Assembly: GCF_002863865.1 (NCBI RefSeq)
Contig: NZ_CP022684.1
Location: 3,143,990 to 3,167,989 of the forward strand
Source of the DNA: Ketobacter alkanivorans
Lineage (GTDB): Bacteria > Pseudomonadota > Gammaproteobacteria > Pseudomonadales > Ketobacteraceae
DNA: 24,000 nucleotides
Reading direction: 5' to 3'
Shown here: positions 10,258 to 17,959 of the stretch, piece by piece
Layout: each line of letters starts with the position of its first letter
Position numbering within the stretch: the first letter of the stretch is position 1
The notes under the pieces: generated by a model
What the model saw: only the letters and a program-made list of their open reading frames with translations
Databases searched by the model: none
What the model was told of the DNA's origin: nothing
Made by a program: the position numbers and the translations under genes

Positions 10258-10614
10258 ATGGATAAAATTCAGGAATTTCTTGAGCGCGAGTTTGATTGCC
10301 TTTTAAATGATCCGGAATTTGGTGAAGGTGGTTTTATGGTAATCGAAGATAGGCTACGCAAGGCGCCATCATACGTAGATGTTTTTGTCCAAAAGCTAGG
10401 GCTTCCTCTAAGTAATGCCCATAGAATGTCTTTAAGCTTTATCATTATTATGGTGTTGCCGTTGGCGCCCTGTGTGGATCTTATTCGAAAGTATGATGAC
10501 GACCAAACGTTATATGATTGGGATCATACCGAAGAAGATATTGAAAACCCTATGACGATGGAAGAGTACGAAGTCTGGCTAAAAGAGCAGATGAAACTAG
10601 ATGGTAGGGTCTAG
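10258..10614 (+). CDS. Hypothetical acidic protein with no recognisable family
   Basis: 118-aa ORF whose ATG is preceded by GGAGAG. It sits in a visibly AT-rich stretch compared with the flanking genes. The C-terminus is acidic (YDDDQTLYDWDHTEEDIENPMTMEEYEVW). Confidence 0.5.
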   Translation: MDKIQEFLEREFDCLLNDPEFGEGGFMVIEDRLRKAPSYVDVFVQKLGLPLSNAHRMSLSFIIIMVLPLAPCVDLIRKYDDDQTLYDWDHTEEDIENPMTMEEYEVWLKEQMKLDGRV

Positions 10615-10726
10615 CGTCGAGTTGGGAAAGAAACAAAAAATGGGGTAGGTCTTTGATTTTGGTAAACACCTGATATAGTGATCAGTAAATCAACAACTGC
10701 CAGCAGATCACAGAGGGCTAATCATA

Positions 10727-11563
10727 ATGGCCGAATCAGAATTAGAAGAACAAACCTCCTTTCTGGAAGACCTGAAAGAAACCTTACGCCGTGGCAAAAC
10801 CATCGACGGCTACGATTACAAAGCCAAAAAGCGCTATTACGAGCCTGCGCCGGAACAAAACCACGGTGAAGCGTTTACCCAGGTGGTGGAAAGCCGCCGC
10901 TCGGTACGTAAGTTCACCGATAAGCCCATTCCCAAGCACGTGTTGGATGCTTGCATTGATCTGGCGCTGATTGCCCCCAGTTCCTGCAATCTGCAGCCTT
11001 GGGAGTTCCATGTGGTGCAGTCCCCCGATAAAAAGCAAAAGCTGGTGGAAGCCTGCATGAGTCAGAATGCAGCGACCACAGCGGCAGAGCTGATTGTGGT
11101 GGTGGCCCGTACCAACAATTGGCGCAAAATTGCCAAGCTGAATATCGAGCAATGGCCGCAGCCCAAGATCCCCAAACACTGGAAGGAGTTCTACACCAAG
11201 GGTGTGGCGTTCACCTATTGGCAGGGGCCGTTTCATGCGGTGGGCGTAGTGAAGAAAGCCTTCACCAATCTGGCCGGTGCGTTCCGCCCGATGCCTCGTG
11301 GCCCGTTCACCAAATCCGATATGCGGGTGTGGGCGATTAAGAGCACGGCATTAGCAGCCGAGAATCTGATGCTGGCGTTCCGGGCCTATGGTTTTGATTC
11401 CTGCCCCATGGAGGGTATGGATGAGCAGCGGGTACGCAAGTTGCTAAAACTGCCCCGCGATGCCGAGGTGGTGATGGTTGTCGGTGCCGGTGAGCGTGCC
11501 AAAGATGGTGTGTACTTCCCACGGGTTAAGTTTGATCGTGAGAATTTTGTTCGCTACGTTTGA
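10727..11563 (+). CDS. Nitroreductase-family (FMN-dependent) oxidoreductase
   Basis: SRRSVRKFTDKPIPKHVLDACIDLALIAPSSCNLQPWEFHVV is the characteristic nitroreductase N-terminal motif. There is a C-terminal GFDSCPMEGMD motif, and AGAGGG lies upstream of the ATG. Confidence 0.85.
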   Translation: MAESELEEQTSFLEDLKETLRRGKTIDGYDYKAKKRYYEPAPEQNHGEAFTQVVESRRSVRKFTDKPIPKHVLDACIDLALIAPSSCNLQPWEFHVVQSPDKKQKLVEACMSQNAATTAAELIVVVARTNNWRKIAKLNIEQWPQPKIPKHWKEFYTKGVAFTYWQGPFHAVGVVKKAFTNLAGAFRPMPRGPFTKSDMRVWAIKSTALAAENLMLAFRAYGFDSCPMEGMDEQRVRKLLKLPRDAEVVMVVGAGERAKDGVYFPRVKFDRENFVRYV

Positions 11564-11700
11564 GTGGGTTTAACCTGAGCAGAAAAGCTAAGAAGCCCAA
11601 AAGGTTGGGTGATCAATGATGCTTTGGATGAGTATCTGGCCCAGGTCGAAACGGGGCAGGTTGTTGATGGCGGTGAAGTGATGCAATACATGATCCCCAA

Positions 11701-11725
11701 GCCGCTCGATGCTACAGCGAGCGGC
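11701..11725. other. 8-bp GC-rich hairpin in a convergent intergenic region (possible factor-dependent or bidirectional terminator)
   Basis: GCCGCTCG (11701-11708) pairs with CGAGCGGC (11718-11725) around a 9-nt loop. There is no T-tract on either strand. Confidence 0.3.
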
Positions 11726-11769
11726 TAAAGCAAACCCTAAACATCTGACCAAGCACCCTAAAATAATAA

Positions 11770-12342
11770 TTAGAACCGCAGATTAAAGCCAACGCTCAGC
11801 AGGCTGACATCTTGCTCGATAATGGTGTATTCCGCTTCCAGTTGAGCAATGTTGCCCATGTTGACCCCAACGCCTCCGCCAACGGACAGGCCAGTGTCTG
11901 ATTCGCCGAAATCGTTTCCAGAATAAGATGAGTTAACAGTCACGTCTTCTTTGAGCAGGCCTGCTCGTACTTTGAAAAATACGGTGCCCTCGGAGCGATA
12001 GGCAAAATACAGTGCGGTGGTTTCTATTTCGGCTGAGCCATAATAGATATTTTGGCCGCCGGAAAAGCTGATTGAGCCAGAACTGTTGCGTTCAAACTCT
12101 ATGGCAGGGCCTTTGCCAAAATTGTATCCGAGTAAAAAGCCGCCACCAGTCGGGTCGCTGGCATTTTCAATATCCACTTGAAAACTACCGCCCTTAACCC
12201 CAACGTAAACACCTTGATCTTGCGCGTAGACAGAACCACACGCAGCCATAGCAATGGCAGATGCCAAAAATTTCGAATCTTTCTGTGAGGGAATGTAACG
12301 AACAGGGTCAGGTGCAAGCACCTTCCAAAAACACCAGTTCAA
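11770..12342 (-). CDS. Small outer-membrane beta-barrel protein (OmpA-like/OMP_b-brl type)
   Basis: Signal-peptide-like KFLASAIAMAACGSVYA followed by QDQG. It shows alternating amphipathic beta-strand patterning with Gly/aromatic residues, and a C-terminal SVGFNLRF ending in Phe, typical of BAM substrates. The start is ambiguous: TTG 12342, GTG 12321 (overlaps the upstream gene by 14 nt), TTG 12267 or ATG 12249. Confidence 0.7.
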   Translation of the reverse strand: MNWCFWKVLAPDPVRYIPSQKDSKFLASAIAMAACGSVYAQDQGVYVGVKGGSFQVDIENASDPTGGGFLLGYNFGKGPAIEFERNSSGSISFSGGQNIYYGSAEIETTALYFAYRSEGTVFFKVRAGLLKEDVTVNSSYSGNDFGESDTGLSVGGGVGVNMGNIAQLEAEYTIIEQDVSLLSVGFNLRF

Positions 12343-12709
12343 ACCGACCTACGATCAAGCGATCACCGTCTTCAATAACCGCCATCTCCATAGGCTCACC
12401 GTTAACGATGCAGCCTTCGCTGTCTGGGTGGGTGGTAATCATCCACTGATCTTCACTGTGCTCTATGCATAGGTGATACGCTAACAGGCCTGGATCTCGA
12501 ATATAAAAGTCAACGCCACTGGCGGAGCCCAGGCTCCAGTGATTCTGATCTTTATGGGGTTTCAGCACCATCTCCAAGCCCCGCAGGGGTGCCGATAAGA
12601 TGATGAAGCGTGCATAGGGGCAAGGTTGGCGTGATTCCCGTTGAAAATGACGATGCAGCGGAAAGGGGGTGATGGTGTGCAATATACGGTTGTGTGCAGC
12701 CGATCCCAT
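12308..12709 (-). CDS. Divergent FHA-like domain protein
   Basis: ATG 12709 lies 6 nt after a strong AGGAGG. The C-terminal ~75 aa (WSLGSASGVDFYIRDPGLLAYHLCIEHSEDQWMITTHPDSEGCIVNGEPMEMAVIEDGDRLIVGRFELVF) follows the FHA pattern (G-x, xxxH, S-x-G..NG, GD..xxG). The canonical GR and SRxH phosphothreonine-contact residues are replaced by GS and LAYH. Confidence 0.6.
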   Translation of the reverse strand: MGSAAHNRILHTITPFPLHRHFQRESRQPCPYARFIILSAPLRGLEMVLKPHKDQNHWSLGSASGVDFYIRDPGLLAYHLCIEHSEDQWMITTHPDSEGCIVNGEPMEMAVIEDGDRLIVGRFELVFLEGACT

Positions 12710-12855
12710 GGCCAGCCTCCTTGAGAGGTATCCTGATTACGGCTGAAATAATGCCCTCTATAGGTTTATAAAAATAGAGGAAAAGGTCACAATATCCTGG
12801 GCAATAGTGGTGATGGTAAGATAAAAACAACAGGTTACGAGGGAACACACTTCCA

Positions 12856-14541
12856 ATGGGCATGCTATCCAACCCGGTAAAAGATGTTAAACGGCTAAAT
12901 GAGATCTTTTCCATTCTGATCAAATATGGCTTTGGCGACATGATGCGTCGCATGGGGTTATCCAATACGGTGGAGCACACCAGCCGTTTTATGCGGGCAC
13001 CGATTTCTAATGAGCTGCTTAATATGAAGCCGCCGGAGCGTTTTCGTTGCGCCATCGAAGAGATGGGCCCAACTTTTATCAAACTGGGGCAGATACTGGC
13101 AACGCGGGTGGATCTGTTCAGCCAGGATATGATTCACGAGTTGGAAAAGCTGCAGGATAACGCGCCGGTGTTGCCCTATAGTGAGGTCGAGCCGCTGATT
13201 GAGAAAGCCTTGGGCGCACCGCCTGCCAAAGTATTTCGTTATGTGAATGAGTTGCCGCTGGCCAGTGCATCCATGGCGCAGGTGCATGAGGCGATGACCA
13301 AGAAAGGCGAGCGGGTGGTGTTGAAAGTGCGCAAGCCTGGGGTGAAATCCACCATCGAGGCGGATCTGCGTTTGATGCACAGTATGGCCCGATTGTTGGC
13401 GATTCAATCGGTGGAGTTGCGTCGTTATCAGCCAGAGGAAATGGTGCGTGAGTTTGATCGTTCGTTGAAGCGCGAGCTGGATTTTACTATTGAGGCCAAG
13501 AACGCAGAGCGCATCGCCAAGAATCTGCGCAAATTTAAGTGGCTGAAGATTCCCAAAATCTACTGGCAGTGGACCAGCGAAACACTGAATGTGCAGGAGT
13601 TTGTTCAGGGTATATCCGCTAAGGATCCGGAAGCATTGGATAAAGCCGGGCTGGATCGCGAAGTGTTGGCGTTACGTGGCTCGCAGGTGGCGTGGAAATG
13701 TATGTTGGAGGATGGCCTGTTTCACGCTGATCCACACCCCGGCAATTTTTACGCGTTGCCTGGCAATGGTATTGCCATGTTGGACTTTGGGATGGTGGGC
13801 AAGCTCAGTTACCAGCGTCGTGAGCAAATGATTCGTTTGGTGCGATCCATCATTTTTCAAGAGACCGATGCCGCAGCCGCTGTTCTGGTGGAGTGGAGTA
13901 ACAGTGATAATGTGGATGTGGAGGCGCTGGCCCGTGAATGTGGCGAATTGATCGAGCAGTATTACGGCTTGCCCCTGAATGAAATTGATATTCCGCAGAT
14001 CCTGCTTGATTGCATGGCGTTGATGCGCAACTACGATTTGGTGTTGCCTTCGGACATCACCTTGGCGGCCAAAGCGTTTATTACATTGGAAGGGTTTGGC
14101 CGCTTAATAAAACCGGACTTCAATTTGATGGAGGCAGCGGAGCCTCTCATCAAGGATCTGATTAAGAAGCGCTATCACCCTGCGCGCCTGGCGCGCTCTT
14201 TGGGCAGTCGTGCCATTCGCTTTGTGGATAAAGTATACGAGGCACCTTCTGAATTACCGCAACAGCAGCATCGTGGCTCATCACAAAAACTCGATGCGTA
14301 TTTGATTGACAGGCTGTCTTATCGGTTAGAGGATGCCAGCTATCGGCAAACGCAGGCAATCTACGATGTGGGTTTTCTGCTTGTGTTTACGCTTATGTTG
14401 ATTACCTCACACGGCCCGCGTATTTATGACATCAGTGTGCTGAACGTGATCGGTTTGTTGGGTGTTCTGGGGGTAACCGGCAATGTGTTCCGTGTGCAGG
14501 TGGTGACTTGGTGGCAGCGTAAAAAACGGGATCTGAACTAA
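12856..14541 (+). CDS. ABC1/UbiB-family atypical protein kinase with C-terminal TM helices
   Basis: FIKLGQILATRVDLFSQDMIHELEKLQDNAPVLPYSEV, ASASMAQVHEA, VVLKVRKPG and FHADPHPGNF are the signature ABC1/UbiB motifs. The hydrophobic tail is VGFLLVFTLMLI ... VIGLLGVLGVTG. It is not in a ubiE-ubiJ-ubiB context, so it is not called ubiB. Confidence 0.88.
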   Translation: MGMLSNPVKDVKRLNEIFSILIKYGFGDMMRRMGLSNTVEHTSRFMRAPISNELLNMKPPERFRCAIEEMGPTFIKLGQILATRVDLFSQDMIHELEKLQDNAPVLPYSEVEPLIEKALGAPPAKVFRYVNELPLASASMAQVHEAMTKKGERVVLKVRKPGVKSTIEADLRLMHSMARLLAIQSVELRRYQPEEMVREFDRSLKRELDFTIEAKNAERIAKNLRKFKWLKIPKIYWQWTSETLNVQEFVQGISAKDPEALDKAGLDREVLALRGSQVAWKCMLEDGLFHADPHPGNFYALPGNGIAMLDFGMVGKLSYQRREQMIRLVRSIIFQETDAAAAVLVEWSNSDNVDVEALARECGELIEQYYGLPLNEIDIPQILLDCMALMRNYDLVLPSDITLAAKAFITLEGFGRLIKPDFNLMEAAEPLIKDLIKKRYHPARLARSLGSRAIRFVDKVYEAPSELPQQQHRGSSQKLDAYLIDRLSYRLEDASYRQTQAIYDVGFLLVFTLMLITSHGPRIYDISVLNVIGLLGVLGVTGNVFRVQVVTWWQRKKRDLN

Positions 14542-14639
14542 GGTTAACTTACAGTAGCCGTCAGCCAGAAAACTAACGTTCATGGGCCGTTGCAAAGCCA
14601 GCCGGTGAACGCTAGTTTCAAGCTTTCGACGCGTTGCTT

Positions 14640-15074
14640 TTACCAGGCCTTGTAGGGCAGGAATTTTCCGTTCATGGTGATGACAACACGATCACCTTTT
14701 GGGTTCTCTTCCTTTTCCACTTCCATAGAAAAATCGATGGCGCTCATAATGCCGTCACCGAATTTTTCCTGAATCACTTCTTTCAATGTTTCACCATAGA
14801 CGCCTACTATTTCATAGAGTCGGTACACCAGAGGGTCGGTGGGCACTGCTTGATCCCAAACCTTAGTGGGATATTTTTGCAGAGCGGTACAGATGTCGGC
14901 ATCTAAACCCAATAGGTTGCACAAGGATTCTGCGGTTTCTTTAGGCATGCTGTTCATGCCCATGCAGGCGGAGGTGGTCCATACCGGTGACATGCCAACG
15001 GCATTGCCGATTTCTTCCCAGCTTAAGCCTTTGCTTTCTTTGGCGGCGATGATGGTTTTTGCTACTTCACTCAT
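14640..15074 (-). CDS. cynS: Cyanase (cyanate hydratase)
   Basis: MSEVAKTIIAAKESKGLSWEEIGNAVGMSPVWTTSACMGM... and the C-terminal DFSMEVEKEENPKGDRVVITMNGKFLPYKAW are typical CynS. ATG 15074 is preceded by AGGAGA. The track start at 15227 adds an implausible 51-aa leader. Confidence 0.9.
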   Translation of the reverse strand: MSEVAKTIIAAKESKGLSWEEIGNAVGMSPVWTTSACMGMNSMPKETAESLCNLLGLDADICTALQKYPTKVWDQAVPTDPLVYRLYEIVGVYGETLKEVIQEKFGDGIMSAIDFSMEVEKEENPKGDRVVITMNGKFLPYKAW

Positions 15075-15293
15075 GCTGATTCTCCTGCGGGTCTTTATCG
15101 GTTTAAAGAGGGTTCGGTTCCCCTTTTTGGGCGTTGTGTCAGGTGCAAAGCATCTTAATGGTGCGTCTATGACGGATAAAAAATCGCAGCTGCACCGAAA
15201 GCGATTTGATAACCAGATAGAAAGCACTGTCTGTGCCAGGTTTCAGAAGGCGTGGTTTTCAGTTGAGGAAATGGAGGGAAAGGCAGGGCGAGT

Positions 15294-15764
15294 TCAGTGA
15301 TAGGGGCCTTCAGCCAGTTCTTCTGCGGTAGCATTGCGAACGTTGCGCACTTCGGCCGAGAAGTGTAACTGCAAACCCGCATAGACGTGATTGCCATCCA
15401 CAGTGATGTTGTCAGCATCCATCGCTACGATGCGAACCGGCACGGGGCCATCCTCGGTCTGGGCTGCGATCTGCATACCGATTTCAAGTTCGGCTTCACC
15501 TTCCAGCAAATGCCTTGGAACGGTCTGTAACAGTTCCTCGTCGCGAAAGCCATAGCCGTGTTCTGGTTGCACTACCGCTTCCACCCGGTCACCGATGGAC
15601 TTGCCCTCCAGGGCGCGCTCGAAACCTACCGGCATTTGGCTGTGGCCGTGGATGTACAGCATGGGCAGTACACCTTCGGTTGTTTCCAGCAGTTCTCCGG
15701 CCTGATCGCGGATGGTGATATTCAGAGCCACCAGTTTGTTGTTTTGAATGGTTTCTTTGCTCAT
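15294..15764 (-). CDS. FKBP-type peptidyl-prolyl cis-trans isomerase, SlyD/FkpB-like (no His-rich tail)
   Basis: LVALNITIRDQAGELLETTEG..PMLYIHGHSQMPVGFERALEGKSIGDRVEAVVQPEHGYG ... DGNHVYAGLQLHFSAEV matches an FKBP fold with an insert-in-flap domain. The start is either ATG 15764 or ATG 15791, and neither has a clear SD. Confidence 0.8.
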   Translation of the reverse strand: MSKETIQNNKLVALNITIRDQAGELLETTEGVLPMLYIHGHSQMPVGFERALEGKSIGDRVEAVVQPEHGYGFRDEELLQTVPRHLLEGEAELEIGMQIAAQTEDGPVPVRIVAMDADNITVDGNHVYAGLQLHFSAEVRNVRNATAEELAEGPYH

Positions 15765-15802
15765 ATTGGCTGCTGCTGCATCCTGTATCAAAATCTGGGC
15801 AA

Positions 15803-15830
15803 TAAAAAAGGGCGATGGATTCGCCCTTTG
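15803..15830 (-). terminator. Rho-independent terminator for the minus-strand gene at 15849-16427
   Basis: On the minus strand the sequence reads AAAGGGCGAATCCATCGCCCTTTTTTATT. A 7-bp GC stem (plus-strand coordinates 15809-15815 and 15821-15827) is followed by a T6 tract. Confidence 0.7.
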
Positions 15831-15848
15831 TTTGTAACCTGCTCCGGC

Positions 15849-16427
15849 TTAGTAGGTCAAGCTGGAGAAGTGATCTGCGATGTGGAAGGCATTCGCCAGT
15901 TCCCACTGATCATAAGTCAGGTTGCCGTAGGCAAAGTGGGGATACAGTTCACCAGTGAAGTTCTGGAAATCACTGATGGCGTTACGGATACGCAGAAAGG
16001 CTTCTGGCAGCGGGCCGTCATCGGGGATTTCAGGGCCGGGCACTGGGGCAGCTAGGTCGTGGCTCATAAAGCCCTGGGCAACAAAGGCGTTAAAGCCGAT
16101 TTTGTTGATGGCCTGGGTGGCAGGCGGATCGTTCTCAGGGAAGCCGTACAGCGCGCCCTCTGCGGTCATGGCCAGGTGGTTAAGCACCTTATACAGCGAC
16201 CATTCCTGCTGCATTTCCAGAGTGTCCAGGTTGTTTTCGATCAAGGCCAGCTCAACCAGTGCGTCGTTCAGGCTCTCAAAGCGCAGGGCGCGGCCATTGT
16301 TGCTACAACCGGTCAGTGAACCCAGGCCGGCGGCGGCAGCCACCCCAACAGACAGGCGCAGGAAACTCTTTCGACTCATGGTGGTGGGCGCGTTCAGCTC
16401 ACCCATGTTATTGTTTTTATTGCTCAT
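15849..16427 (-). CDS. DUF1569/DinB-like four-helix-bundle protein with a Tat-like signal peptide and lipobox
   Basis: The N-terminus has SRKSFLRLSVGVAAAAGLGSLTGC, an RK variant of the twin-arginine motif followed by LTGC. The C-terminus LYPHFAYGNLTYDQWELANAFHIADHFSSL resembles the DUF1569 signature. The family call is from memory. Confidence 0.6.
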   Translation of the reverse strand: MSNKNNNMGELNAPTTMSRKSFLRLSVGVAAAAGLGSLTGCSNNGRALRFESLNDALVELALIENNLDTLEMQQEWSLYKVLNHLAMTAEGALYGFPENDPPATQAINKIGFNAFVAQGFMSHDLAAPVPGPEIPDDGPLPEAFLRIRNAISDFQNFTGELYPHFAYGNLTYDQWELANAFHIADHFSSLTY

Positions 16428-16565
16428 AACTCACTCTCTACATGCTTGGTCAATTGGGAAAGGAACAGTTGTGACAGCTCTAGTATTCGATTATAAAGAG
16501 GTGCAGTACAGGAAGCGCCCGTCCATAGGGATGGGCGCTTGTAATAGACCTATAAGGTGGTGTGA

Positions 16566-17531
16566 ATGATTCGCGTAAAGTGGTTGCACAATGCGGATAT
16601 TGCGGATGGTGGCAGGGATCTTATCAGTCAGTGGCAGCAGCAAGGTGGCGTCATCTGGATTGACATGTCAGACGAACCCGATGCCGATGAGGCCAAGCTG
16701 CTGACCAGCCTGGGATGCCACATGCTTGCCGTGCAGGATGCCCAGCGTCAAAGGCATCCCCCCAAGTTTGAAGACTTTGAAGACAATACCTTTGTGCTGT
16801 ATCGAGGTTTTGAGTCGTTTGAAAAGGATGTCAGTATCAAGCACGTGCAGGTTTCGTTCTTTATCAGCAAGAACTGTCTGATCACACGGCGTAATGGCGT
16901 ATCTTACGGGGTGGAAAGTCTGTGGAATGCGTCGGAAGATCTGCCCAAGTTTTTACATTCCCCCGCCATTTTGTTCACGCGAATTGTAAATCAGTCGCTG
17001 GCGCAATACACCAAGCGCATGCTGGAGCTGGAGGATGTGATCAGTCAGATGGAAGACGAGATGCTGGACTCACCCACTGACAGCCTGATGCAGCGCTTTG
17101 TGATGTATCGTTCCCGTCTGCGCAAGCTGAATCGGGTGTTCGGCTATCATGAAAAAGTATTCGGAGCGATTATCAAAGAATCAACACCGGTACTGGATAT
17201 GAGCGATGCCACGCTGTATCACCCCATGCAGGATGTGTACGACAAGTGCGAGCGGTTGTACAGTCTGACGACATTGTACTATGAGCAGTGTGGTGATTTG
17301 ATTGATGGTTATATTTCTTTGACGTCTCATCAACTGAATAAAACCATGCAGGCGCTAACCGTGATTACGGCGATCTTTGTTCCATTGGGCTTGCTGTCGG
17401 GTATTTACGGTATGAACTTTGAGAACATGCCTGAGCTGCATTCCCAAAATGGCTATTACATTCTATTGGGCGTGATGGCTACTGTGGCGATCACGCTGTT
17501 GATCTTCTTTCGCAGAAGGCGTTGGCTGTAA
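16566..17531 (+). CDS. corA: CorA-family divalent-cation (Mg2+/Co2+) transporter
   Basis: It has a soluble N-terminal domain followed by two C-terminal TM helices flanking the signature GIYGMNFENMPEL (the YGMN motif). Length is 321 aa. Confidence 0.88.
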   Translation: MIRVKWLHNADIADGGRDLISQWQQQGGVIWIDMSDEPDADEAKLLTSLGCHMLAVQDAQRQRHPPKFEDFEDNTFVLYRGFESFEKDVSIKHVQVSFFISKNCLITRRNGVSYGVESLWNASEDLPKFLHSPAILFTRIVNQSLAQYTKRMLELEDVISQMEDEMLDSPTDSLMQRFVMYRSRLRKLNRVFGYHEKVFGAIIKESTPVLDMSDATLYHPMQDVYDKCERLYSLTTLYYEQCGDLIDGYISLTSHQLNKTMQALTVITAIFVPLGLLSGIYGMNFENMPELHSQNGYYILLGVMATVAITLLIFFRRRRWL

Positions 17532-17553
17532 CAGGGTCTGCAGAATGCATTAA

Positions 17554-17871
17554 TCAGGCCTTGTTGTGTGCGCTGGCGTATTTAAGCAGCTCGTCGGCGA
17601 CTCGCTCCCGTATTGCGTTTTGATCATTTGAATCCAGGCCGTATTTTTGCGCCAGAATCTCAAAGTCTTCACTTTTTAACGAAACCGTCAGGCGAGGGCG
17701 AACCGGTTTTTTGTTGTAAGGCAAGCCCAGGATTTTGCGGATCTGGTCAGGTGGATTCAGGTTGCTGTCCAGTGCTGCTTGTTTGATGGCGCGCTGGGCT
17801 TCTGCCGATACGTCAAATGCAACCTGCACCGCTTTGATAGCCTGTTTTTCTTTTTGCCAACGTTCATTCAT
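17554..17871 (-). CDS. Small hypothetical protein, possibly a tandem ribbon-helix-helix DNA-binding protein; last gene of the PspA operon
   Basis: Two segments fit a strand-helix-loop-helix pattern: VQVAFDVSAEAQRAIKQAALDSNLNPPDQIRKILGL and RLTVSLKSEDFEILAQKYGLDSNDQNAIRERVADELLKYA. The start is ATG 17871 (MNERWQ...) or GTG 17904, and neither has a strong SD. It lies 88 nt downstream of the PspA stop. Confidence 0.5.
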   Translation of the reverse strand: MNERWQKEKQAIKAVQVAFDVSAEAQRAIKQAALDSNLNPPDQIRKILGLPYNKKPVRPRLTVSLKSEDFEILAQKYGLDSNDQNAIRERVADELLKYASAHNKA

Positions 17872-17959
17872 GCTGATCTGCCTGTACGCACAACGCGACG
17901 CCACTCAATTGAGTAGGGTCGCGCTGCTTGGGTTGCGGTTTAATGGTTAAGTCTTCCGG

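Noticed and set aside
11609-11728. 39-codon GTG ORF (…NDALDEYLAQVETGQVVDGGEVMQYMIPKPLDATASG) resembling the C-terminal tail of small antitoxin/addiction-module components
   Set aside because: The resemblance is a vague memory of a motif type. There is no SD, no partner toxin gene and no intact N-terminal domain. At most it is a gene remnant, so it is not reported as a feature.
12552-13082. 176-aa minus-strand ORF spanning the FHA/ABC1 divergent region
   Set aside because: It overlaps the 5' ends of two better-supported genes and the promoter region, and its translation has no recognisable features.
15558-16569. Plus-strand ORFs 15558-16055, 15955-16569 and 16059-16319
   Set aside because: They are antisense to the SlyD-like and DUF1569-like genes, which have clear family motifs and a matching minus-strand terminator.
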